From: Trichosphaerium sp. ATCC 40318
Taxonomy: Eukaryota; Protista; Tubulinea
Assembly (NCBI GenBank): GCA_038496445.1
Contig: JALMLS010000354.1
Location: 310,001 to 374,000 of the forward strand
Direction of reading: 5' to 3'
DNA: 64,000 bases
Positions within the stretch are counted from its first letter, which is position 1. Every line of letters begins with the position of its first letter. The notes below the pieces were generated by a model. That model was not told the DNA's origin and did not search any database. It was given only the letters and a program-made list of their open reading frames with translations. Below are positions 49,591 to 60,933 of this stretch, piece after piece. The position numbers were made by a program, and so were the translations under genes.

Positions 49591-50918
49591 GCCGGGCGTT
49601 AAGCGGGTTTTTCTTTTTCTCTTCTTTTTTTTTGTTTCTGTTGCTTCTTCTTTGATGGAAAGCGTAGAACTAAAAAGAGAAGGATGGTTGGGTGTATTGG
49701 GGGTGTAAATTATTGCATTGTACTTGTAGCAAACACTTTAAATAACGAAAAAAAAAATGTAAGAGTATTTTTTTTTTTTTTTGCTGTTTGTTATTAGGTA
49801 TTGACGGCGTGTTTTTACTTTTTTTTTTAATTGGGGTTTGTTTTGGGTTTTTCAGAAAAGTTGTTTTGTGATTTTTTGTAGTTTTGCTGTAAATCGTGTA
49901 GTATTTGTTCATGCGTTAATTGTGTGGTTAGAAAAATAGCGTCTGTTTAGGCAAAAGTTGACTTAGGTACCTACAGAGCAGTTCTATTTATGTAATGGTG
50001 TCTGTAACTTATTACTGTATTTATAGCTACACATGGGATAAAACTGGTACATGTTAAACAAGTTATGGACTTAAGTCGTTAAAATACATCCAATTGGCTG
50101 AAACAGTAGTGTAATGGTATGAGAACCAGCGGGGCCACTCTCACGCCGACTGTTGTTGTTAGATTCTATTTTACAGCAACACACAAAGAAGTGGCATTGC
50201 CTGTGGTAGGCAATGAGCCGGTATATACAATTGTAGCCTGTTTTTCGAGAAATAACATCACTAGATCGGTAAAATCAAAGAGCGCTTGGCGCCGTACTTT
50301 GGCCTCGTTGCCAGTGGGATGAAAATATATTACCAATCACCGCAAGGTGTAACTCAGTTGCAAAACTATCAACAATTAGTGGGTATTCGCCCTAATACAC
50401 GCCTTCTAGTGGCATACGAGGTATACAAAATCGTATTGGACATATTTCGCTAAAATAACCCCAGGTTTCTCCAAATGGACTATCCTCAATGCAAACAATG
50501 CCTACGTTGAGTGTAGGTAATACTCAAAGGTACTTCTTTTACATTTTGGTTTAAATTTCATCACGTCATCTTTAATGCGTCGATAACGCGCACATTATAT
50601 ACAATACGCGTTGTAAAGTTCTCTAGAACCTTTTTACAAGGCAATAAAAAAAGTGTGTCCGATTTTTTTTGTTTTTGTTTAAAATTTATGTTCTGTTTGG
50701 ACAAACTTGTTAATTATCCACTTATAGAGCATCATCACAACCTCCGCCTCTCATTCAATCTATTCAAAAATCAAAGACGTTTTCTCTATCGTCAGAAACA
50801 CTAAATCAAGGTACGATAACGCCATAACACTTTTTTAATTATCTGGTTTTTACGAAGTTTTTATATTATTCAGACTGTTGGTACTGACACGTTTTTAGCA
50901 CGTGATTATCCGCCACCT

Positions 50919-53900
50919 ATGACTTACAAAGAATCTAATCCAGTGATGCAGTCTAATATTGCTTTCCATACAGCTCCTTCTACGCTTACAACGCAGAATA
51001 CATTGTTGAGGCCGGAGATTTTGACACCAGAATTTGTTGCTAAGGAGTTGAGTAACACTATGCATACAGGTGGTCATTCTTGGTCTACAACACATGTAGC
51101 TGATTGGACAACTTCTGACGCTGTTGATTGGTTAGTGAATGGGTTGTCCCTTCCTCAGTGGCGCGTTTTGTTTCAAAACAAAAACATTAATGGACAAATT
51201 TTATCAACGATTACTGCAGATCAGTTGAGCAATTATGGCATAATTAATAACCAACATTGTAACATGATTGCCAGCGCTATTCGAGAACGTATAGATGCTG
51301 AGAACGAAGCAAAAGATGCAGCAACTGAAGCTTCAAAAGAAAGGGTAATAACAGTTTTCGTCTTTTTTTCGCGCAGCTGTTTATCTTCTTTAGAGCCGAA
51401 CACCTGAGCCACAAGTTCGACCTAATCCTACCCCAAAAGCTCCATTGGATATGGCTCCTGGCATTCCTGTGCCTTCAAAGGGTAATCCATTTCAAGCGAA
51501 GCGACCTACAAAGAAAGCGCCTGTAAAATATCGAAAAGGACCTGGAGGAAAGAGACCGAAGAGACCATTAAAAGGAGTTAAAGGAGGTAAAGGTGCATTC
51601 AGAGGGAAGAAGCGGCCTATGCGATTCATGGGAAAGGGTCCTAAACAGCCAAGACTTCGTACGCGATCGTCCCCTGCTCTACCAAAAAAAATGATAAAAA
51701 AAGGTAGCAGTTATATATTGATAGTTATAAATATGTATATTTATATTGTAAAGTATTTTTTTTTTTGAGATTATGGCTTTACTGAGTATAATATAGCCCC
51801 ACCAAAGAAAATGCCTATGAGACCAAAGGTTCCTTATAGACCAACAGCACAACCTGGATCTGTAAAACGTGTTCGAAGATTAACAGGTGCGCATTTGTTG
51901 TATTTCGAAGTTGCTTATGGAGTCTTTTTTTTTATAGCTGTGAATGTTGCGGATTTAGTTAAGTCGAAATTTACGTGCTTGAAGAAGTGGGTTGCTGGCA
52001 AATCTTCACGCATTGTTATCAACGCTACAAATAGTAATGGTGAACAAATTTTGACGGGAGGCTGTGACTTTGTTGTTAATGTGAATGGTCCACAGAAGCA
52101 ACGGTATTCATTTCAGATTTTACTGTTTGCCTCTAACTTAGTGTTTCTAGCGTTGTAGCTAAGGATTCAAGGAATGGTATTTATATCGCAGATTGTAGTG
52201 TTTCTGTAGCTGGTTTGTATGCGGTTTCTATAACATCATGCAACAGACACTTAAGCGGTAGTCCATACAAGGTACTTTGTTTGTTCAAAAGTCTGCTAAA
52301 TTTACATTTCTTTAGGTTGTTGTAGAACCTGGTCCTGCTAGCGCTAAAGATACAACGGCTAGTGGTGCAGGTATAATATGCCCAATGTCAGCACAATCTG
52401 CTTCTTTTTTTATCCAGAGTAAGGATATGTACGGTAACGACAAGACAAGTGGTGGCGACAATTTTAGCATTAGTATAAATCATGGTGGCATACCTCTGCC
52501 GCCAGAGATACAAGATTTCAAGAACGGAACCTATTCTGTATCTTATATGCCTGAAAAGGCAGCAGATTATGTTATAACAGTACAACTTGGTGGTGTTAAC
52601 ATTAGTGGAAGTCCATTTCAAGTCACAGTAACTCCAGGTACTTTTTTTTCTTTGAACTCTATACAAAAAATTGGAAATTTCACGCTACAGTACTGAGGCT
52701 TTAACGATTTACTTCTATGGGTTTTAATTAATGTTTTGTTCTTTAGGTCAAATAGATCCTAGTTCATGTACTTGTGAGGGTCAAGGGTTGGCATCATGCT
52801 TTGTTGCAAACCCTAGCACATTTTTAATTGTATCAAAAGATAAATGTTCCAACAGGCTTGATTATGGTGGTGCTAAGTTTCATGTTGAGATGAAAGGCCC
52901 TGGAAAATGGAGAGGTAATATAAAAGATCATAGAGATGGTACATACACAATATCATACATGGTACGTCTTCCATCTTTTTGACAATATTGTTTTTTTTGG
53001 CTTCAATGTTGATTTTATCGTACAGGTGTCGCATCCTGGTACATACGCGATATATGCCTCACTTAATGGGAAACATATAAGGGGTGTACCTCATAAGGTA
53101 TGTGTGATATATGTGCATAACGGTAGATTCTAAATCCAGGTCGTAGATGAGAGCAGAACCTCGTCCTGCTAATACTGCACCTACTAAGAATACAAATTTT
53201 GGTACACCTTCTCCACATAGGCGGCAACAGAATACGCGAAAGAATCCTGTTATATATTTACAGTCAGTAATACGTTCATACAATGCGAGAGAGACTATGC
53301 GAGTACTTCGATTACGACGTAAAGCAGTTCAAGAAATTGTTAACTCTGAAATTAAATACCTCTCAAACCTTGGCATACTCATTGATGTAAGTCACGTGTT
53401 TATTACGAAGAATAGGAGTGTTATACATTAATTGATTAACTTTATTCTTTAGGCGTTTTTGAGGCCCATTAAAGAGAAAGTATTGAGGACTGATCCTTCT
53501 GGTAAAAGCGAAGAAGATGGCGTTATGACACAAGCTACATATGCCTTGATTTTTGGCAACATTGAGTTTATCCACGCACTTAATAGTGATTTCTGTGCTG
53601 TACTTAAACGAAGGGTTGCGCTTACGTATAATGCAAAGTTATCAGATTGCTTCATTCGTGTGGTAAGCCAATATTTTGTCTAGTATAATTTTGAAGTTTT
53701 CTAGAAAAAAAATCAAGTTTTTTTAGTTGTGGTTTCACCTTTCTTACACGATTTGTTTTTTCAGGCAACTTCATTCAAAACTGCGTATACACAATATGTT
53801 AATAAGTATGAACAAGCAATTAATACATATAAATGGTGCTTCGACCGTGATAAGAATTTTAACGATTTTATTAAAAAAAATGAACAACACCCTAAGCATG

Positions 53901-54732
53901 GATACCTCTCATTGGCTAGCTTTTTGATTATGCCTGTACAACGTATTACAAAATACTATTTATTACTAAGGTACCTTCATCTATAAATCACGTGATGTGT
54001 GTAGTGGCCCCTTCAAAGATCTGACACGTTTTATTAGGGAACTGTTAAAATACACTTCTCAGATGCATCCGGATTACAAGGGATTAGTGAATGCACATGC
54101 TATAATGGAGGATACAGCAAGTGCTGTAAATGAAGGAAAACGTGATTCAGAGTTGGCATCAAGGTTATCGTTTATTCAGTCTTCTATTAAAGGCGCTTCA
54201 CCTGTACGTTTAAATGATCTTTTTTTTTTTTTTTTGTTTGAGTTGACTTTGTGGTTGCATTGCTGCCTTGTGTTTTGTTTTTATATTTATTTGGTGGTAG
54301 GATATGTTTGTAAATACAACAACTTTAGTAAAAGAAGGTAACTTACGTCTTCAAATGGGAAAGAAGGAGAGATTGAGAAGAATATTTTTATTCGATAATA
54401 TGGTTATCATTGCAAAAACTGGAAAGACAAAACAAGATACTGAGACATTTACATTGAAAGAAGTTATTAATATTCGTTCTACAAATGTTGACCCACAAGG
54501 AGATACTTTTCTTCATTTTTCTGGTGGTATGGAAAAAGCAGGTATTCTCACTTTGATGGCTGATTCCAAGTCTGATCGTGATGCTTGGGCTTTAAAAATA
54601 AAAGGTATAAGAAAGGCTTTGGCAAGGAGAGATGAAGCAGCAAAGGATAAACTTAAAAAAGCAGGAAGCGTATTTGATGTACAAGCTAGTATGTTTCGTG
54701 AACATGTTATTGCTTTAAAGAATAAGACATGA
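50919..54732 (+). CDS. RhoGEF with SAM - 3x filamin repeat - IQ - DH - PH architecture
   Basis: SAM (WTTSDAVDWL...FQNKNINGQIL), three filamin repeats (GGDNF...DFKNGTYSVSY...GSPFQVTV), IQ-like LQSVIRSYNAR, DH (QEIVNSEIKY, LIMPVQRITKYYLLLRELLKYT) and PH (FLFDNMVIIAK...RDAW). Confidence 0.9.
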
Positions 54733-55908
54733 GCAAGTACTTCAAACAAAAAAAAAAAGAAGAAAAACACGAAAAAAAAAAAGAAGTTACTTCATGGTTG
54801 AGTGCTCTGGTACTGTAATGAGTAGTAATTGCATATTTGTAAAATAATGATATATAAAGCGTGTTTAAAGCATTTTGATTGTTGTTAGCTTAATATCGCG
54901 TACAAGCCAATCCAAAAAAGATTATTTATTGCCTGGTGAATAAAAACTGAGAAATGGAATTCCATTGTTTTAGCACCAGTACAATGTTTTATCAATACTA
55001 CATTTATGCTGGGACACTTTTACCAGTCATACCAAAGGCACGTGTTTGTACCCAATCGTCAGTAAAATCATCAGGATCACTCAATTGAAAGGCCTAAAGC
55101 TGATTACCGAACACTCATTCAAAAAAAAAAAGCAGTTTACTGTTTAAGCACGTGGTTTTAGCACGGAGAAACAGCGAAAAAGCCATTCAAGAACAACTTG
55201 TACCTTTAATCCTTTAAACTGGCGTTCCATTTTTTGCACCATCTCTTGGTAGGAACGTTTTATATCAGCTCTAGTGCTCATTTCGTTGAACCATATCAAC
55301 AGTACAGCTTACAAAATTAAGAGGCATAAAAAGATCCAAGAATGTTTAAAATCATGCAATAGCATTATTATCGGATACAGGAAGGGTTGTTGTAGTGTCC
55401 TGGACGGTGACGGCGGTAAACGATCAGGCACGTACCGCTTAGTTCCTACTCAGGTGGTTTTAGTGTGTTTTACGCAGTTATAAGCGATTTAATCGTTTTT
55501 AGTACACAAAAATAACGGAACAGATTAAATCCGCTTAATTTACTAGCATTAGGTACGCACGTCCGCCAAGTCTTCAATACTCGCGTCCGTAAGGTATTCA
55601 TCTTCTACAAGTGTTTTGGTCTTTAAATTACATTTCACTATGCTTCATATCAGCTACATAGCGTTTGTATAGCTTACCGATGATTGCTACATTATTTTTT
55701 GTTTCATCGTCGCAAATCTCTTGTATTTTTGCCCGTACGTCATCACCGATTGTACACGATACAGCTGCCTAAAAGGGAGTCATGTATGGCGATTAATACG
55801 CGACTTGCCATTGATAGAACCCAGTAAACAGAAAATTACGGTTTCAGAAACCAAACTTAACCGCTTTTTTATTCGTTTCTTTTATAACAGCCATACTTCA
55901 CTAGATCA

Positions 55909-56797
55909 ATGTCCGAAGCGCCAAAGTACAGCCTGTGGAAGACTCCAGTGTACTTACCGTATTTACAACCACCATTGACTCCTGAAATTGTAAAACGCAC
56001 AGAGGAACAACTAGGCTATAAACTACCAGAATCATACATAAAAATACTAAAAGAACAAAATGGCGGCTATGTCAAATACAATCACCCTGAATGCGTATTA
56101 ATAGACCAAATTCATGGTATAGGACCAAATTTCCCTTCTATAACAGATCCAAACAGTATACAAGCGGATTCTGAATACGTCAGTTTTGATTGCAATCACT
56201 TGGTACGTTTTTTGAAGATTTTTTTACAAGTCTTGCTTATTCGTGTTTTTGAAGGTACCGTTTGCAGGTGTAGGTACTTTTTCAGTTTGTTTCGACTATC
56301 GCGATAATGCTAAAGAGCCTGGTGTAACTTATATTGATATGGAATGTGATATAGAAAAGAAATTGGCAAAATCATGTAGTGAATATTTATCATCATTGGA
56401 ACTTTCTTGTTTCGGTTATAATGATATTTGGGTTCTAGAGACAACAGCTCCAATCGAAAAAGTAGTACAAGAGATAAGCAATAAGATTGGTCTCACATTT
56501 GCTCCACCCGACTATTCAAGTGGGTACGCTGATTATACAGCACGTACTGCAGAACCAGGTTACTTTACTGTTTCTCCGAATTTTGCACCGAAAGGACTTG
56601 TCAGGGAAGATCATCCGAATTACAATACTCTAAAGAACATGTCAAAAGGAAATACAAGTCGTTTTGAAGGTATTTCTGAAGACTGGATGCTTGTTAATGG
56701 AAGCATATTAACACCAGAATTTCTTGAAAAAATTAACAAGTTTTTCACAGTCAAGCATTTAAGTAAGTATTATGACAATACAAAGTATGTACCTTGA
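55909..56797 (+). CDS. Bacterial-type SMI1/KNR4 (SUKH) family protein, one intron 56203-56254
   Basis: YLPYLQPPLT...EEQLGYKLPESYIKILKEQNGG, IHGIG, LVPFAG, CFDYR and EPGVTYID are SUKH-family motifs. The phase-0 GT-AG intron joins the two ORFs. Confidence 0.85.
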
Positions 56798-57435
56798 TCA
56801 AGCTATACCGTATAATAAACCGAACACAACCATACAAAATACTCACAAAAACTTACAAATCCTGAGCACTACAAACAGCTCCTAAGTCTCAACAAGTAGG
56901 TAAAAAAAAACTGTCTTTTTTGATGAGCGGAAAATCACTATGGCACGTGATATTCCCTACCAAAAATTGGCCTTGGCTATTCGGCAGAAAGCCAGAAGAT
57001 ATTGTAAAACATCTGTCAATAAGTGCAATGACAGTACGATCATCAATATCCCCGTGTAATATGACACAATGGTGATGAGAGCATCCCTCTACCAGCGAAC
57101 ATGACTCCAACAGTCTTGCCAGTATACAAAATGAGATGATTGACACCAAGTGTCCACGGTAGTACCTCCTTTAAAGAAAAGAAAACTTTTCTAAAAGAGG
57201 CACCGTTAAGGAAGGATAGGTAAGTGAGGACAATAGATTCGACAATTTCAATCTTGAAAAGTTACCACTTTTTACTTGTGGTTAATCCATTCAATTTTAT
57301 CGTTCCGCCTCCATCATCATGAATAGGTACCGTGCTGTGCAGTAGACGGTTAAAATCAACCAAGAAAAGTCAACGCGTTTCGCTAGTCTACAAATTCGAT
57401 AGATTCACTTCAAATCATCAACAGACAAGATTGAG

Positions 57436-58812
57436 ATGACGTGCGATATTGATCAGAGACCCTTGAACATTTCTATACAATTGAAGGTATCCAATGCGTC
57501 TGAACAAGGTGTCACCGCAATGTTACGTAATTTAATGTATTCGTGTGGCCTTCAAAGCAGTACAAACACCACAGACTTTAATAAGGTATTTAAAACAAAC
57601 AAGAGATTTCTAACTCATGTCAAAACTATTTAAAAACGCATTTATCGCGTAAAACAGCGCTTGTTACAAGAAAAAAATCCGTTACACTCTATCAGGAACA
57701 AATTCCTTGAAATCCTTTTTGATACATCTTGACAACTTCAAAACGTTGTTTAAATCACGTCCTGTAACAACTATACGCTTATACACCACATTAAACTAAC
57801 CACGACGCGTATAGATGGCCAAGACAGCTTTTTCGACTTCTGGCCTCAGTTTTCAGGTTGAAGACGCCTCAGCGTCAATAAAACTACAAGCGAATAGCCC
57901 TCCACCTATTAGAAATTGTTATTCAACCCAACACGTGCCGCTATTAACCCAAATTTGTCGAAACAATGCAAACATACCATTTCGTGTCGCCAACAATACT
58001 CCAACGTGTGCAAAGAGACAAAGAACAGAATGTTTCAACTCAAGGAAACCTAAGCGACAACGTACAGGTCGTTTGATACAACCAAACTTAGTAAAAAGGT
58101 AACAAGCTGCAATCAATTATCCGGATTTTTTCGGGTTTTTTTTTGTCGTCTTCCCCATTTTTCTTATTGATCTTGTCTTGTAGTATACCTGACATTCCAC
58201 ATCATTTGACTCATTTTATTATTGATGCAAATGATATTATTTTCTCTTCGAAATATATGACTGGGTTATTCGTTAATGCAACTGAAAAACAAAGGATAAC
58301 ATTACAAGACTCAATATATGATTTTACAAAAGCATTTTCACAAAAAGTGAGGCAACCTTTATTCTCTGGTGGTCTAGTTCTTGTAGATAAAGCAATAGAT
58401 GTATCAGGACCAAAGACAATAAAGATAGGACATACGACACTAACAATGGCTGCTTGTCAACCTAGTTTTTCGACCATCTCTGAAGCGGCATCTTCTTGGG
58501 CAAAAAGTCAAAATGTCCAACTTTCAAAATGTATTGTAGCTTCATCCGACACGTGCGTGTACTTTTTTTTTCACCATAACGTAATCACAGGCAGTGATAA
58601 ACTAACTAATTTTAAATAGAGACTTATGTGATCGCTTGGCTAATCTTGGTGTACATGACTTTATAAAATCAAGTGATTGGTTAAATATGGTAAAACCTAA
58701 CACGGTCACTTTGGAAGATTGGCTTTCAAATATATTCGACGTATACAGCAACGATAGCAGTAGCTGTAATAATATTGCACCTCAAAGAGCGGATACGATG
58801 GATGTAGAGTAA
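57436..58812 (+). CDS. Protein with a C-terminal NYN/YacP-like (PIN-fold) domain, possibly degenerate; 5' exons uncertain
   Basis: HFIIDANDII...VLVD...IVASSDTDLCDRLANLGV...IKSSDWL follows the YacP-like NYN layout. Ends TMDVE-stop. Confidence 0.5.
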
Positions 58813-59014
58813 AGTCACAGCGTCCACGTGTCACAGTACCATTCTTTGAACTCCATTTCTCGAAGCTCAATTGTAAATAAACAACTTTATGTCCTAACGT
58901 GTTAAATATATTCCTTACTCTACCACCCAATATAATATGAACAACTATCATTTTAAAAACTCGTAGCTACAAAAACCGGTTTATAACTTCTACAAAGTTA
59001 GATTACACTTTTTT

Positions 59015-60411
59015 TTAAAATACTGTTGCGCCACCAGCTTTGGAATTAGAATTGCCACCGTAGCTGCTACCACCATTGTAATGGCCACCTCCATGATGTC
59101 CGCCATGATGGTGATGTCCTCCATGATGATGATGATGGTGATGGTGATTATCATAACCACTAAAAAAAAAGTGAGCTTTGTATCAGAAAAAACTATCCAA
59201 GTACGTGTTGTATGTAGTTCCACCAAAGTTTGCGTAACCGCCACGTCTGCGTCTAGCACAGAAAATAGCAGCGAATATACAGACACCACAGAACTAATAA
59301 GTGTCAAACAAAAGTAAGAAGTAACAGTTAAAAAAAGGAGCTTGACAAAAAAAATGGGTATTGGTTACTTACACAAAAGCAAACAGCAGCGATGACGCCA
59401 ATTGCCCAATTAGCTAGTTTACTTAACTTTCCTACACGACATCCATTGTATTTTTTATCAAAATATACCTTAACAAAGAAGTAAGGACAGGCACAACAAC
59501 AAAAAATAACCAAAGAGCAAAAACTGGTTTCACACAAAAAAAAACTTACTGATTCGCGCCATGTACTTCCACTTGATAGATAAGAACGACTTCCTGTCCA
59601 GACAGCTATTGTATCATTTCCACCGCCTTGATTAGGTGGAGGAGAAGCATTATCTAGTAGAACAATAAACAAGGACGCGAAACAATTGGAACACAAAAGT
59701 TTTTCTTAGCAAAACAATTTGGGTTGAGTTTTAAAAGGTTATGGTGTAAGCAACGCACTTATTGGTCCAGGTATCTCTAGACGGTAAGTCAAGTCATTGA
59801 AATAAGAAATGCCAGCCCAGTTAGAATCAATCATAATAAAGTCGAATAAGTTGCGGTCTTCGTCATCGAAGATAACATCAGCCTTTTTGATCAGAAAAGT
59901 TAGAACAAATTACAGAAAACTCGTTTTCAAGTACTGTATTTGTACTTTCGAAAAAAATTTCTTACCCTGTAGTTTAAGCGTAATACAACTACGTATTGGC
60001 CAGCTGGTAGTTCATAAGTTACATGGAAGTTTTGTTTCCCACCAGATAGATAAAAGCTTGTTCTGCAATTGTAAGCAGGTTGATCACCTTGAGTTGTATT
60101 AGTTACATGGTTTGTATACTCTTTTACGTACATGTAACCGATATGGAGCTTACTTGACTTGGACGTCCTCTGTACGAGTTTGAAAGTGCTATCTGACGTG
60201 TGATACCATGGAAACCAGAGTTTTGGTAGGTTATAGCAAGAACTTCATTTACCATTACCTACGACTCCATCAGAGTTGTCACACAATATGCGCTATTACG
60301 TACATCGCATGTAGGTGAATAAACCATGTTAAAGTCATATTTAGAGACAAAGACTGATGCTACACAAGCAATACAAGCAAAGGTTAGTAATGCTAAGGTA
60401 TTGCCCGACAT
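59015..60411 (-). CDS. Type I membrane protein with signal peptide and His/Gly-rich cytoplasmic tail
   Basis: N-terminal MSGNTLALLTFACIACVAS, TM WAIGVIAAVCFCFCGVCIFAAIFC, stop-transfer RRRR, and tail HHHHHHHGGHHHHGGHHGGGH...GATVF-stop. Confidence 0.75.
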
Positions 60412-60933
60412 TAGTGTTGTTGTTAAAGAAGGCGAGTTGCTAAAAATGTCACGAAATTCAACAAACTTCTGACGTAAAAATATGGGATAACTTTTTGTGT
60501 AGCGCAGTTTTGTAAATTCCGAAACTAATACAATAAGCAAAAGGTATACTAGTAAAGTAATATGCCTTTAAAAACAATAAAACCTAACTTCCGAAGTTAG
60601 AACTATCAATTTTACACTAAATACGCGCTTACAGACGTAATTAACTCGCGGAATAATACCAGAACACATATAAATGTGTTCCTACCCAATCACAACCCAA
60701 CAAACCGATCAAGTCTACGTCATCACAATGAATAACTTAAACACCTTTTACCGAGAAGCGAGAACAAGGCAGGTGTCGTGTAATGGTTCCACCAACACTC
60801 CGGCAGTACGTGGTTAATACGCTTGAGAAGTAGCGGTTTCTGTAGATGAGACATGGAACAAAAAGTCAATTACATACACCTTTTGTTTATTTTACTTTTT
60901 TTTGTTTTGTTGAGATTAAAAAAATCCTTCGCT

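Noticed and set aside
50108-50160. tRNA A-box-like TAGTGTAATGGT
   Set aside because: No B-box (GTTCRA) or cloverleaf follows.
60768-60840. tRNA-like GTCGTGTAATGGTT
   Set aside because: No T-loop consensus or acceptor-stem pairing.
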